Position numbers and translations under genes: made by a program. DNA of 64,000 nucleotides from an uncultured Gammaproteobacteria bacterium (GTDB lineage: Bacteria > Patescibacteriota > Patescibacteriia > Patescibacteriales > UBA12465): the NCBI GenBank assembly GCA_964639785.1, contig CAZXEE010000001.1, forward strand, positions 455,701-519,700. Direction: 5' to 3'. Of this stretch, positions 26,891-35,559 are shown piece by piece (positions within the stretch are counted from its first letter, which is position 1; the number at the start of each line of letters is the position of its first letter). The notes under the pieces are model-generated. The model worked only from the letters and a program-made list of their open reading frames with translations, was not told the DNA's origin and searched no databases.

Positions 26891-27670
26891 TTATCGGTGA
26901 TGATGACGACGCATTTGATCGACTCCGCTGGCTAGTTCTTCCCTAATCTTATTGCCGGTTAATTCGATAAAGGCGTCTTCCAGATTATCTTTGTTAGTCT
27001 TGGCTTTTAACTCTTCTGGGGTTCCTACGGCAATAATCTTCCCGTGATCGATAATAACTACCTTGTCAGCCATCTTTTCGGCCTCTTCGATATAGTGGGT
27101 GGTAAAGAAGACAGTCATTTTCTCTTCCTGATTCATTTTTTTGATATATTCCCAGATATGATTCCTGGTTTGCGGATCAAGCCCTTGAGTTGGTTCATCC
27201 AAGAACAGGATAGCTGGATGATGCATCAAACCTTTAGCAATTTCCAGACGTCGCTTCATGCCACCGGAAAAATTCTTAACCACTTCTTTCTTCCGATCCC
27301 AGAGTTCTACAAATTCTAATAATTGCTGGATCTTCGCTTTTCGTTCTTTCTTCGGGATGCCATAAAGGACGCCATGGATCAGCATGTTTTCGCGGGCAGT
27401 CAATTCATCGTCGACGCTAGAATCCTGAAAGACGATTCCGAAAGAATGGCGCGCTTTGTTCTTTTCTTTGGTTGGATCAAAGCCATTGATGTGGATTTCA
27501 CCGCTGGTCGGATTCAAGACGGTAGTCAGCATCTTGATCGTTGTGGTTTTGCCGGCACCGTTAGGGCCAAGGAAAGCAAAGATCTCGCCGCTATTAACGG
27601 TAAATGAAATATTATCGACGGCTGTAAAATCCTTGAATTTCTTAACTAAATTTTCTACCTTGATAATCAT
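26891..27670 (-). CDS. ABC transporter ATP-binding protein (DrrA/ABC-2 exporter type)
   Basis: Walker A GPNGAGKTT, signature FSGGMKRRL and Walker B ILFLDEPT. Confidence 0.9.
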   Translation of the reverse strand: MIIKVENLVKKFKDFTAVDNISFTVNSGEIFAFLGPNGAGKTTTIKMLTTVLNPTSGEIHINGFDPTKEKNKARHSFGIVFQDSSVDDELTARENMLIHGVLYGIPKKERKAKIQQLLEFVELWDRKKEVVKNFSGGMKRRLEIAKGLMHHPAILFLDEPTQGLDPQTRNHIWEYIKKMNQEEKMTVFFTTHYIEEAEKMADKVVIIDHGKIIAVGTPEELKAKTNKDNLEDAFIELTGNKIREELASGVDQMRRHHHR

Positions 27671-27685
27671 AATGGATTAAGCTGA

Positions 27686-29224
27686 TTAATTAGTCGGGGG
27701 GTTGCTTCCGCTCTGGAAGTTAGTTAATTGGCTGAAGCGGATAGTCGAGACGCCTTCGATATCTTGATAATACCAGTCATTACCGTCCATCGACCAGAGC
27801 AACCTGATGCCGTCATTGCCACCCAGGTCCCAATTAAGAGAGATGTCATAGGGCCGTCCGGATGAATCATCGGTCAAGTTAGCTTCAGAAAAATAATCAG
27901 AAAAAGTCTTAGTCCCGCCATTATTGGTATAATAGTAAATATTGATGTAATGGTTCATTCCGGAAGCCGAAAACCAAAAACCAAATAAACTTGGCTCCCC
28001 TATCTGCCAGACTGATGATGTAGTATCATGAATCGATGTCCCGGAAACTACCTGATAATATCTTTGGCTGGCTTCTACTTCGGCCGTTCCTTGTAATTCT
28101 CCCATTGCCATTCTGACACTCTCTACGTCAGCCATAAAGTCAGTCAATAATCCTTTAGCGGTGTTGGCATATGATTGAGCACTGGCAACGGTTGTAGCGG
28201 CGGCCATATTATCTATCTGCGTCTTGATTGGAGCCTCGGCAGAAATTAAATTGTTAATATCAGTAGCGACTGAGGCCGGCAGATTATATACAAACCCAAG
28301 AGAATAATTTAACGCTTCAACTTTGCTAATTTCAAGCTGGCCGGCCTCTACAGCTATAGAATCAATGTCGCCTAAAGTCACCATTCCATTTATAACATAG
28401 TTTAGTAACTCATTTGTTCTTTGATTCATACTGGTAACCTCTTGGAATGCAGCTTCAACTGTTTGGCAACTTGCTATTACGTTAGAAGCGGTATTGTTTT
28501 GTTTGATAACAACATAGCCATCAGCTTCTGGAGAGGCTGTCCATGACCAATCGATATAATAATCGCTGTTTGATCCGTTATCAACCATATCGATAGAGGA
28601 TGGATCAGACACGTAATATTGTCCGCCAATTTCTTTGTAGGCATAAACTTGGATGGCATGCTGGTTGTTATCCGCGCTATAACTACCGGAACCATAACCT
28701 ATTGTTCCAGCTGCATTGCTAGCCGACGAGAGATAATCAAAAGAAGTTTGGAAGCTCGAAGCATGGCTACTAGCGCTGCAATCAGATTCCAAAACGCCCC
28801 CTGGAGTCAAACACTTCAATCCAGCCGCTAATTGGCCGGTATTGCCGCCCAAACAATAAGAAAGGGTGTAAGAAGCACCATTTTCTGTTTGTTGGTAATA
28901 AAGAGCATTCTGGGTGTTGCTGCAACTACCATCAGCTGGGGTTGGAGCTGAAGGAATAATTTGCATATAAGTCGAAGTTGCTCCCGTAGAAGTGGAAAAT
29001 ATCTGTCCACTACCCCATTCTTCAGCAGTCGGGTATCGACCCTTGTCATTAAAGAATAATTCCAAGGCAGTCTGGACCTGCTTGGCGTCTCCCGCTCTTT
29101 TAGCATCACGGGCCTTAGATCTGGCATTTGATAAAGCTAAAATTGAAACAGTGGCCAAGATGCCAATAATAGCAATAACCACCAGAAGTTCAATGATAGT
29201 AAAGGCTTTTTTAGGCTTAATCAT
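27686..29224 (-). CDS. Large type IV pilin-like protein (prepilin N-terminal methylation motif plus roughly 370-aa C-terminal extension)
   Basis: MIKPKKA/FTIIELLVVIAIIGILA has the class III signal with Glu at +5, followed by the usual pilin helix and ab-loop (ARDAKRAGDAKQVQTALELF). It then continues to 512 aa. Confidence 0.8.
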   Translation of the reverse strand: MIKPKKAFTIIELLVVIAIIGILATVSILALSNARSKARDAKRAGDAKQVQTALELFFNDKGRYPTAEEWGSGQIFSTSTGATSTYMQIIPSAPTPADGSCSNTQNALYYQQTENGASYTLSYCLGGNTGQLAAGLKCLTPGGVLESDCSASSHASSFQTSFDYLSSASNAAGTIGYGSGSYSADNNQHAIQVYAYKEIGGQYYVSDPSSIDMVDNGSNSDYYIDWSWTASPEADGYVVIKQNNTASNVIASCQTVEAAFQEVTSMNQRTNELLNYVINGMVTLGDIDSIAVEAGQLEISKVEALNYSLGFVYNLPASVATDINNLISAEAPIKTQIDNMAAATTVASAQSYANTAKGLLTDFMADVESVRMAMGELQGTAEVEASQRYYQVVSGTSIHDTTSSVWQIGEPSLFGFWFSASGMNHYINIYYYTNNGGTKTFSDYFSEANLTDDSSGRPYDISLNWDLGGNDGIRLLWSMDGNDWYYQDIEGVSTIRFSQLTNFQSGSNPPTN

Positions 29225-29294
29225 ACATAGATTGATTATTTATTTATTATTTTAATTATAGCAATTTATTAAATTATTATTCAAGAGATATATA

Positions 29295-29666
29295 TTAATC
29301 TCGTTTAAAAATTAATTTATGCTTGTCATCTATCAATGTTTCAGCGGTACTTTTTTCGTGGGCTTTGTTTGCTACCGAAGTTATAAAGCTCAAGATTACC
29401 CCGATTCCGGAGAATATATAAAAGACAGTGAATATCTTTCCGGCATCAGTCTGGGGCGACAAATCTCCATATCCGACAGTGGTCAATGAGATCGAACTGA
29501 AATAAAAAGAATCCAGCCAGCGCCAACCCTCTATCTTATGATAGAAGAAAGTTTCGATCAGCAGGATAACGATTACGAAAAATAAAAGGCTGCGGAATTT
29601 GGCGTCTCTCATTCCATGTAGGATTGAACTGAAGAATTTTATGATATTCCTGATTATTATGGTCAT
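29295..29666 (-). CDS. Minimal 2-TM potassium channel (pore-only)
   Basis: 123 aa: TM1, pore helix, selectivity filter TTVGYGD, then TM2. No RCK, voltage-sensor or ligand domain. Confidence 0.85.
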   Translation of the reverse strand: MTIIIRNIIKFFSSILHGMRDAKFRSLLFFVIVILLIETFFYHKIEGWRWLDSFYFSSISLTTVGYGDLSPQTDAGKIFTVFYIFSGIGVILSFITSVANKAHEKSTAETLIDDKHKLIFKRD

Positions 29667-29746
29667 ATTTATGCTTGTTAAGCCAATTTAACGATTAGAT
29701 TATTATACCTCGAAAATCCAAAAAATTCTAGACTGGCTTAAAAATA

Positions 29747-29772
29747 AAAAATAAGCTTTTTGGCTTATTTTT
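29747..29772 (-). terminator. Rho-independent terminator after the 168-aa gene
   Basis: Stem aaaaataagc / gcttattttt with a 6-nt loop. T-rich on the minus strand downstream. Confidence 0.6.
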
Positions 29773-29785
29773 TATTATTTTGAAG

Positions 29786-30292
29786 CTATTTAAATAATCT
29801 TACCAACCATCCGAATAAACTGAATTTACTTTCATTATCCTGAATAAATGATTCCGCCTTGTCTTTAGTGGCCTCTAATTCCTTGATTTGGTTTTCCAAG
29901 TCTGTCTTGATGGTAGTGCTAGCCGTCTTGTCTAAAGCTTTATTTAATCTATCTAAATGGTTTTGGGTGGTTACAAGTTCGCTTCTTAATTGTCCTAGAT
30001 TCTTATAATCCGAACCGATTAAAAAAGACTTAAGCTTTCCTCGATTTTCAACCCTATTCATCTTTTCTTTAACGACTTCGCTGGCATCTTTTTCTTCTTG
30101 AGCCACAGATCTCACCTCATTACGGATCTTATTATCCGAGTCAGCCACCCTTTCAAGCTCTTGTGTTATTTTCATCACTTCATTCCGATGTCGCTCTCCG
30201 TTCATACTCCCTTTTTCTGACTTAGCTGAAACGCTCATGGCAGCTAACGAAATGACAACGATTGTAAAGACGCTTAAAATTTTCTTGTTCAT
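29786..30292 (-). CDS. Secreted coiled-coil protein, function unknown
   Basis: Signal peptide MNKKILSVFTIVVISLAAMSVSA, then a charged heptad-rich sequence. No terminator seen between it and the giant gene upstream. Confidence 0.6.
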   Translation of the reverse strand: MNKKILSVFTIVVISLAAMSVSAKSEKGSMNGERHRNEVMKITQELERVADSDNKIRNEVRSVAQEEKDASEVVKEKMNRVENRGKLKSFLIGSDYKNLGQLRSELVTTQNHLDRLNKALDKTASTTIKTDLENQIKELEATKDKAESFIQDNESKFSLFGWLVRLFK

Positions 30293-30376
30293 AATATTAA
30301 AGTTAATTAATAACTATCAACAACAGTGTAGCATTTTTATAGAATTAAAACAACAAATTGGCTTATATTAAACTTT

Positions 30377-33300
30377 TTACCTTACAATCTTTTCAATTTC
30401 GGCATTAAATTCTAAGAGCGCTTTTTGAACAGCATGGGTCAGCATTAATTCGCTACCGCCTTGCAGCGTGTAATAGCCGCTTCTTTTTTCCCCGGCTGTA
30501 TCAAAAACGGTTTTATCTAAAAATTCATTATCGTAATATTCTAAGTCATTATTATTGAACCTGGTTGTTTCCAGCATTGATGCAGCATTAGTATTATCGC
30601 CCTTAAAGACGCTGCTCTCTTTTCCCTCTTTGCTAATAGTACTGGTTCCCGGTTTTAAATAAAGATTGTTTACCTTAATTAACTTATCGGAAAGATCGAT
30701 GCTGAAGCTCTTGAATAATTCTTCTCTATTTATTTCGGTTGTTTTTATATATTCCTTTAGGCTTAGAGTCGGATCAATGTTTTCTATTATTGATTGGAAG
30801 CGTTTCTGGTTATATTCGCCGCCAAAATCAGACACATCCACCCAGACATTATTGTTATCAAGGTAACCGAACGTTTCTCTGTCTAAGAACGAGCTATTGT
30901 GATTTTTAACTGCCTTATCAACCTTGCTTAGTAATTCCAGCCACAAATTAGCTAGTTGGGCGGTTTTCTCGTCCTTGGATTTAATCATTTCCTGCAGGTT
31001 TTTAGCTTTAGTTTCATCTGATAACATCTCCAAGGCTTTTTCCGAGCCATCTGGGAAGCATTCCCTGAAAGCCTGGATAGCGATAGCGCCATTAAAAGCC
31101 GTCGTTACTGCTCTTTGCAAAGTTTCTTGTTTGTCGATAGATAAAGACCTTAATTCTACTGAATCGGTTGCTTCTTTGAAGAAAGCTATATTATTTGAAT
31201 CACCCCTTGATCGACCACGTAAAGAAACACCCCTTCCTCCATTTACTTTATGTCCGCTTTCTCCGGCTTGTACTCCGCCCCAAGAAGCGGCTATTATTGC
31301 ATTTTGCAAGAAGTTACTTTCCTGGTTAACTGAAATTCCTTTTTCACCGCCGATTGTCAGATGGAAACCGCGAGCTCCTTTTTGATAATTTTCAGACCGG
31401 TTAAAATTAAGATCGATATATTCTATATCATGTAGCAGCTTCATCTCCAAGAGCATGAGATAGGGATTGTCAGTTGGCCTAGTTGCTATTTCATGTACCG
31501 CATCTCTTCCTGAGCCTATTCTGGCTGCATTGCTTAATCTGGCAATATCATCCTTAAGGCTGGATTGAGAGGTTAATTCTTGGTATCCGGAAGCAGTTGA
31601 AGATGTTATTTCATACTCCATTCCGATAGAAGCATGCAAACCTTCAGGGATTTTATCATAGGAATTTTTTTCAACAACCTCCTGATATTTTCTTAGGTTA
31701 TAAGAAACCCTATCGATTACATCCTCGATTTTTCTGTCTGGCAGGTATTCTCTGGCAAAAAGCATGACAACAATGCTTCTGCCCTTATTCTCCTTTTTGT
31801 ATTTTTCTATAAAGTCAGATATTTCTTTAAGATCCTCAGTATATTCAGGTCTCGGATCATCAAGAAAACTTCCGAGCTGTTCAAGGTTGTTCCTATTGCT
31901 AAGCATGGAGCTGATTACATCTATAGAATTTAGAATCTGAGTTCTTACATTGTCTTTTGAAGTAACAGTCATTTCTTTATAGAAGTCCCTTGATTCTTCG
32001 ACGTTGAGAAGGTCGTGGTTTAACAAGGATAGACGAGCCTTCACTTTGTAGTCATTGTCCTCCATCCCGTTCAAGTGTTGTTTGACTTTGTTTATGCTTT
32101 CTTGATCATTAATCCTTTTTAGATAGTCAATAAAATAATCGATGTTGATTTTGTCTTTGAAAACATACTCCGTGATTTTGTCTTTAAAGTCAGAAGAATA
32201 ATTGATATCACCTTCAAATAAGGTTTTAAACATGCTGGAATGATAGTTTTTATCAAAAATCTCTTTTTCAATGAACTCCGGAGCGTAGGCGTAAAAACTT
32301 TCTAAACGTTCCCAGCGCGAAGACTTTCCTTTGCCAGGGTTAGCAAAAGAGCCACTAATTATTCTTTCTATATCTTCTTTCTTTGTTCCGAATTTACTTT
32401 CTTCCAGCGATTTCATAAAAGATATGATGTCCCCAGCCTCTTCCGCAAAACAATCTTCACTAACATTTTTCAAGCCAATGCGGAATAAATTTTCATCTAG
32501 ATAAAAGTCGCCATTTTGGCCGCCCGAAGACAGATAATTTTTCCAGAATCTTGGTGATAAGCCCCTAGTATTCATAGTGGCCGTACTGATTGTCTTTATT
32601 TCTTCGGGGGTTAAAGAGAATCCTTTTTTTATTATTTCATTCTTATCATTCAATTCGTCTGGAGATTTCCTTGAGGCAGCAGCTTCAAGGATCTCAGCAC
32701 CGTTAACCCCTGGCCAATTATTAAGATTTGAGAAGAAAGCATTTCTGATGTCATCATTCCCGAATATTATTCCTTCATTGAATAAGGTGTTAGCTGATGA
32801 AGAATCTAAATCCTTATCATTTAAAAGTTTTAAATAGATTCTCTCGAGTCCGGTTTGATTTTGCCGAATATTATCCAATTGTTTTTCATTTAAAGATTGA
32901 CAAATATAACTAAGATTGTGTCTACCATCAGAACTGCGGCCATTATTTTCTATTGAGTAATTTTTTTCGAAGTAATTTAAAAATTCCTCTCTTTGTTTCT
33001 CATTTAATTCATCAAAATCATGTATGAAATCCGGGTGGTCTAAGGCCCTTAATTCGAGGAGTTTTTGTTCTATTTTATGACGGGTTGCTTCATTACTTAT
33101 CTCGAGGTCTAAGCCGGAAAAATAGGCCCTGCTAATCATGTAATAATGATTGTTTTTATCGCCTGGCAATAATCGTTCAAATAATTTTGTTAAGTATTCC
33201 TCTCGATCATTGATAGGTTTATTATTCTTGTCCATGTTTGGAAAAAAATCACTGATTTTTTTAAAACAAGCCAATGTTAACGATGTAAGATCGTAATCAC

Positions 33301-35407
33301 TTTTCAAACTTAGAGCACCTTCCATTATTTTTCTGGCAAGATGAATCACCTCTTCTTCACTGAGAAAATCTTCTAAATTGCCATTACTAAAAAATATGTC
33401 ATTGGCAATATTTCTTGTTGCCATTTCAGCTTTTGCTGAATTACCATGCTCATCAACTTTGCTTATCAGATTTTCCGACATAGCATCAATCAACTCCTGT
33501 CTTTTGTCCGGAGATTGGTAGTCCTCCAAACTAAGGATTTTTCTAAGAGCTTTGCTGGCGTTTTCTACTGGACCATATTTAACAGTGGCTTCTAAAAGTA
33601 ATTTTGTGTCTTCAGGATTGATAGAATTATTTTGAAGCCCGTATAATATATCATCAACATCAACTTTACAGATAAAATATTTTATATATTTCTTATCTAT
33701 CCGTCCATCAAGCAATAAACTTCTTATCTCTTCAAAGTCTAAGCGGTTTTGTGAAGCGGCATAAGACTTTATTAAATCATCCAGATCATCACTCTGCCTT
33801 GAACCGTCAAGAACTTCATAAAAATAATGTCTTAAGTCGTTTTGATAGGCATTCTTGTGAAAATCAAGCTGCAATTGATGCCATAATAATGGTTCATTTT
33901 TTGCCCAAGCATAAGTTTTCTCATCTTGCTTGTCTAAAATCTTTAAAATTGAATCGGATCTTATATTGCTTAAAGAGAACACTTTTTCTTTTAGACTATC
34001 GGGCCAATTACAACGACTCATGAGTTCATTCAAGGCATGTATCTTTTCGATATCAAAACGATCTGAATCGCGAGATGCGAGAGAATCTAGCATTTGCCCC
34101 ACCATTTCAGAATTGATGCCATAATTTTCATTAGGATATTTATTGATCAAATTACTTATAAATATGAGTTCGTTGCCAGAGCTCATTCTTGAGGTTTCCT
34201 CCAGCATGACTTTAAAATTTTCATCTGAAATCTTCTGACCAGATAACTCATCTTCTTTAATGGATATGATGTGGCTTTTTACTGCGCCATTTTCGGCTGA
34301 CTTTAGAAATGGTCTGAGATCTTTTTTTTCAAGAGGTATAGCATCTAGCAACCAATTCCAGTCTTCACTTAGATAAGAATAGCGTCCCCATTGTTTGTTT
34401 AAAACCTCAAGCATTTCTTTGGTTTCATTTTCCGAACAATTAGATAAACGATTTATCAAAAGAGGAAAAATACCCTTAAAATTATAGTCGGGGCTTCCCT
34501 TCAAGTCATTCAGCCAAAGATTAAAAACAAAATCAACCCTTCGGCTATCGGATAATAATTCATCGGGATTTTTTGAGACAGTATCTAATAAAAGGCTTTT
34601 TATCTCGTTGGGTAATTTTTTGGAATTCGGGAATTGAGAAATTATTGAATCTAATCTGGAAAATATTTTTCCGGAAGAATCTTTTTCAAATTGTTCCTTG
34701 GATAAACGCGACAAAGCCTTCAGAGAGACAAAATCGCTCTCGGATTCTACATATTTTTTTAGTTTTTCTTCTCTTTCTCCAGAATCACTCCAAGTATTTG
34801 GTATGATTTTATTTAAATATTCTTCCAGACCTTTTTTTGCGCTTCCATTTAAATCGTCTTTGCTTAATAATTTAGGCCAAATATTAAGAATCTCCTCGGT
34901 TTTTTCCGGAAAACGTTCGATAATTACTTCCAAGGCTCGATTAGCGTTGGAAATCGCATCGTCGGCCTTTGAGGAGCTTCCCCAAAATTCTGAGCTTAAT
35001 GTCTTTAAAAATCGGTCATAATCCTCGGCCTTAGACAGGTTATTTTTAGCATTAAGCTCGGTGCATATCCTTTTTCCTCTTTTTTCTACATAATTATCCC
35101 GAAGCCTAACTGTTAATTTATTAGAATTGAAGATTTCCACTACCTTTGATGATATTTCTTTTAGCTTTTCTTCGCCCGCTTTCCTTAATTCCAAAATTGA
35201 TTCTCGCAAGCTGGAATTATTGGTCTTGGAAAACTCTTCAACCATTTGATTTTCTAAATCACCCTGAAGATCAAGATCTTTAAGGTAAGAAGAACTTATC
35301 TCCTCTTCTGTCTTATTATTATCTGCATTATCATTAAATTTTTCCTCTTTCGGATCTTCTGGTTTGCCATTCTTTCTTAAGTTTTCGAAATTAAAATTAT
35401 TTTCCAT
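30377..35407 (-). CDS. Giant 1,676-aa protein: helical-repeat N-terminal 1,250 aa plus a putative glutamine-synthetase-like amidoligase core
   Basis: Uninterrupted 5-kb ORF with no signal peptide or TM. Residues about 1256-1450 carry IGMEYE (ExE), AVHEIATRP, RGFHLTIGG and SVELRSLS (ExR) in the order found in carboxylate-amine ligases. Confidence 0.85.
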   Translation of the reverse strand: MENNFNFENLRKNGKPEDPKEEKFNDNADNNKTEEEISSSYLKDLDLQGDLENQMVEEFSKTNNSSLRESILELRKAGEEKLKEISSKVVEIFNSNKLTVRLRDNYVEKRGKRICTELNAKNNLSKAEDYDRFLKTLSSEFWGSSSKADDAISNANRALEVIIERFPEKTEEILNIWPKLLSKDDLNGSAKKGLEEYLNKIIPNTWSDSGEREEKLKKYVESESDFVSLKALSRLSKEQFEKDSSGKIFSRLDSIISQFPNSKKLPNEIKSLLLDTVSKNPDELLSDSRRVDFVFNLWLNDLKGSPDYNFKGIFPLLINRLSNCSENETKEMLEVLNKQWGRYSYLSEDWNWLLDAIPLEKKDLRPFLKSAENGAVKSHIISIKEDELSGQKISDENFKVMLEETSRMSSGNELIFISNLINKYPNENYGINSEMVGQMLDSLASRDSDRFDIEKIHALNELMSRCNWPDSLKEKVFSLSNIRSDSILKILDKQDEKTYAWAKNEPLLWHQLQLDFHKNAYQNDLRHYFYEVLDGSRQSDDLDDLIKSYAASQNRLDFEEIRSLLLDGRIDKKYIKYFICKVDVDDILYGLQNNSINPEDTKLLLEATVKYGPVENASKALRKILSLEDYQSPDKRQELIDAMSENLISKVDEHGNSAKAEMATRNIANDIFFSNGNLEDFLSEEEVIHLARKIMEGALSLKSDYDLTSLTLACFKKISDFFPNMDKNNKPINDREEYLTKLFERLLPGDKNNHYYMISRAYFSGLDLEISNEATRHKIEQKLLELRALDHPDFIHDFDELNEKQREEFLNYFEKNYSIENNGRSSDGRHNLSYICQSLNEKQLDNIRQNQTGLERIYLKLLNDKDLDSSSANTLFNEGIIFGNDDIRNAFFSNLNNWPGVNGAEILEAAASRKSPDELNDKNEIIKKGFSLTPEEIKTISTATMNTRGLSPRFWKNYLSSGGQNGDFYLDENLFRIGLKNVSEDCFAEEAGDIISFMKSLEESKFGTKKEDIERIISGSFANPGKGKSSRWERLESFYAYAPEFIEKEIFDKNYHSSMFKTLFEGDINYSSDFKDKITEYVFKDKINIDYFIDYLKRINDQESINKVKQHLNGMEDNDYKVKARLSLLNHDLLNVEESRDFYKEMTVTSKDNVRTQILNSIDVISSMLSNRNNLEQLGSFLDDPRPEYTEDLKEISDFIEKYKKENKGRSIVVMLFAREYLPDRKIEDVIDRVSYNLRKYQEVVEKNSYDKIPEGLHASIGMEYEITSSTASGYQELTSQSSLKDDIARLSNAARIGSGRDAVHEIATRPTDNPYLMLLEMKLLHDIEYIDLNFNRSENYQKGARGFHLTIGGEKGISVNQESNFLQNAIIAASWGGVQAGESGHKVNGGRGVSLRGRSRGDSNNIAFFKEATDSVELRSLSIDKQETLQRAVTTAFNGAIAIQAFRECFPDGSEKALEMLSDETKAKNLQEMIKSKDEKTAQLANLWLELLSKVDKAVKNHNSSFLDRETFGYLDNNNVWVDVSDFGGEYNQKRFQSIIENIDPTLSLKEYIKTTEINREELFKSFSIDLSDKLIKVNNLYLKPGTSTISKEGKESSVFKGDNTNAASMLETTRFNNNDLEYYDNEFLDKTVFDTAGEKRSGYYTLQGGSELMLTHAVQKALLEFNAEIEKIVR

Positions 35408-35510
35408 ATATTAATAATATAAATAAAATATCAAGATAACATAACATAAAATTTTAATTTTGACAACTTCAAATCAATAACCCATCCCTCTTGTTCTAAC
35501 CGATAAAATA

Positions 35511-35546
35511 CACAAAAAAGAGCTCAGCTAATGCCAAGCTCTTTTT
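35511..35546 (-). terminator. Rho-independent terminator between the HExxH gene and the giant gene
   Basis: Stem aaaagagct / agctctttt (35516-35545) with a 12-nt loop. The minus strand is followed by tttttgtg. Confidence 0.65.
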
Positions 35547-35559
35547 ATTTTTTGATATA

